DNA of 64,000 nucleotides from Klebsormidium nitens (taxonomy: Eukaryota > Plantae > Klebsormidiophyceae), in the NCBI GenBank assembly GCA_000708835.1, contig DF237278.1, positions 1 through 64,000 on the forward strand, read 5' to 3'. Made by a program: the position numbers and the translations under genes. The notes under the pieces are model-generated. The model did no database searches. It saw only the letters and a program-made list of their open reading frames with translations, and was not told the DNA's origin. Below are positions 61,456 through 64,000 of this stretch, one piece after another. The stretch's first letter is position 1. Each line of letters begins with the position of its first letter.

Positions 61456-63486
61456 GCCTTCTTGAGGTCGGATGGAACCACCGGGGCCTCAACCAAAGGC
61501 CCCTGCTCTTGAGACAGCGGAACCCGGCCGGGGGGTGTTATATCTAGTGCGGTTGACCTCCTGAAGTGCGTAAGGAAGTAACTCATATGCCTAATCAACT
61601 ATAAACTAACTTATCAACTAACCCCCTGAGTAACCAACGTGCCTGACCCGCTAACCACATGTTGCCGGAGACCAAAGTGACCCGAAAGCACATGATAAAC
61701 CGGGCCCGCCTGGTCTAGCTGCTGACCGATTTGACTCTAGTTCCGGGTTCCTCTTCCGCCATTCCGTCCTTTTGGAATCCTGGCGTTCCGTAGCCAGCTC
61801 GCAAACGAACGTCCGCGAATCCTATAGCACGGTTATCATTGTACGTTCCGCCGGACGTCCACTTTTGCCCAGTCGGACGTCAGTCAGCTCCTGGTTGCCG
61901 TGCGCACTCCTGCACTCCTGCTTTTTGGACAAGGCGCTACCTTCTACACGTGTATAAGACACCAGTTACAAACAACGGCAGCGTACCGCCCGCCTCTTTG
62001 GCAGTTCGGGACCTTTTTGAGTTGCCTGCTGCAAGCTTCTATCCAGTCGTGAATGGCTTCGTCCTCAGCTTTGCAGCCCGGTGTAGCCTGTAAAAGTACG
62101 TCCGTCCTTGAAAGGACTAGAAACGTTGGTAATCTGCAGTTTGAAGCTTAGTACGAGCGTTGTGCACTATTATCCAGAGGCGCATTAACAGCGGACTCGA
62201 ATCTAGCACCTCCGCACCTCCCTGAGTTTGAAAATGATGCCTGGCCGTTGTGAGTCTTGGTGGCTAAAAAAGGCGTTACATAGGCATCACGGAAACTAGA
62301 CGAGCGGGAAGTTTTCATTTCATTTGTCAGCGCAAGAAAGAGTCGGACCGAGGATTGCAACCAGCAACTCTTGTTTGCAGCAACGAATCTAATCGGATGG
62401 TCATTTATTGAGTGAGCGGGACGAACCTCCCTTCCAAATGTACTAGAAAGTAAGCAGTGGGTCTCTTCGTATCCTACTGGCGCCAACTTTGCTTGCTACT
62501 CCTCGCTTTTGTGCAACATCTAGACGAGCGGACATGATGGCTAAGTTCAAGCCTTTTATCCTAGACGTTCTAGTTCCTTGTATACCAGACCCCGTGGGTC
62601 GGCCCCGACTACTGTGCAAAAGAAAGATTCTCGTATGATACGTTTCAGTGTATGGTATCAGTGCGCATGCCATATCATATGATGGTCGATCAACCATGCC
62701 GATTTAAGGTCGGTGGTCGACGAGAGGGAACATGACTACTTGCAAAGCTGGGCACAAGGTTTCAATGAATCGAGCTTAATTGCCCAAGCGGCATACGCGC
62801 GCCTGACTTATGCGCTAACATATTTCACAGTCTGGTTTCAGCAAGTCACGGGACATCAGGCGCGCACAACATTTGGTATGCGATGGGGGCTGGCAGGAGT
62901 GGTTGCAGATTCGATGCGAGTTTGAAGGTCCCATCAATGATATCTAGAAACATGGAATTTCAAAACGGCCGCTAGCTCCTTTGTGAAACGCAGTCAGCCA
63001 CGAAGAACGGTACGAATGACAGGTTGCTGACGACAGATTCCTATAGTACTATTCAGACTGTACAGCGTCAGTAGGGACGTCGACAAATACTTTCACCCTA
63101 ACAAAGTTGTATCTAGAACCCAATCACTTCAATACTTGCGAGCTGAGTAAGCTCGCGTGCTGCGACCAAGTGAATCGGTCTTTCCTTGCCCCTTTCCTAG
63201 TGCTAAATCTGCTTCAGCGTATCATATATCGTTCGTCAAACACCCCGATCGCAAAGACAGAAATAATCAGAGAAGTCCCGGGCGCACTCTGAGTATAGTA
63301 GCCTCATACTCCTCTGCTTGCCGAGTGCCCATTGCGCCCGGTATGGCGACCAACTGGCCACTATGACACTACTTCGGTCGCCAATTTTGACGCCACGACA
63401 TTTAAAATTCCGCGGCACCAGAGCACTGAGGTCGTCACAACGCGACGTGAATTGAACGCCCGAGTTCAGTGATTGTAACTGAATTT

Positions 63487-63606
63487 TCACTGGGCTCCTG
63501 CAGTCTTGCCGGGTGTTCTGATTGAGTTAAAGTCCTGGTAAAGCTCCATCCGAACCTTGGTTTCCTTGACCTTCTTCCAGTAAATCGCCGATTGGTCGAT
63601 ACGCAC
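63487..63606 (-). CDS. Possible terminal exon of a gene extending beyond the window
   Basis: The acceptor ttgttgtcgccag| is followed by a phase-0 open frame VRIDQSAIYWKKVKETKVRMELYQDFNSIRTPGKTAGAQ*. No partner exon was identified. Confidence 0.3.
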   Translation of the reverse strand: MRIDQSAIYWKKVKETKVRMELYQDFNSIRTPGKTAGAQ

Positions 63607-64000
63607 CTGGCGACAACAACAAATTATGATGTAAGCTTCCAGGGGAGGGAGGTCTGTGGAAAGAAGCGGAAGAGTTTGGTCAAGTCGCCTTCAAGGAGAG
63701 ACTTCGTTTTGGTTCAAGGGCCTTCCGCTGGGCATACTGGAAAGCGGAAGCTTTGCACGTTTCCCTCGTGAGGGACCGCGAGATCTCAGTTAGAAGTCCG
63801 TCAATGCCACTCCGGCAGCAGTCAGGTCACAGAAACGGCTGCCCGAAAAGCGATCCAGGAGAGAGCAGCTGCTGAGAAAGAACGCCTATAGACTGAGATC
63901 TATCTATCATAATGGATCGGGGAACTTGTCTGAGCTGCGAGCTTTGACCAGCGTAAAGCATCGGCCTCGTGTAAACGTTTCAGATATCTCCGGATTAGCA

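Overview
Intron-rich eukaryotic genomic DNA. It has GT-AG introns with GTGAG/GTAAG donors and YAG acceptors, GC3-rich exons and one 20-N assembly gap. The style suggests a green or streptophyte alga such as Klebsormidium, but that is inference. I reconstructed eight multi-exon genes by hand and checked exon phases. All eight encode secretory-pathway proteins: (1) a fucosyltransferase-superfamily type II membrane protein (-); (2) an SGNH/PC-esterase-like type II membrane protein (+); (3) a type I membrane protein with three EGF-like repeats and Ala/Pro linkers (-); (4, 5, 7) three paralogous GDP-fucose O-fucosyltransferase-family genes with matching exon structure; (6) an orphan secreted helical protein (+); (8) a secreted protein with 8-Cys modules and Ser/Thr/Pro linkers (+). 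The genes form four head-to-head pairs, each containing exactly one fucosyltransferase-type gene. Three of the four shared upstream spacers carry dense GTAC clusters. Diverged tandem duplications spanning splice junctions (10 junctions) or the stop region occur in six of the eight genes. I found no rRNA, tRNA, CRISPR array or intact transposon. No database searches were run, so family calls rest on recognised motifs only.
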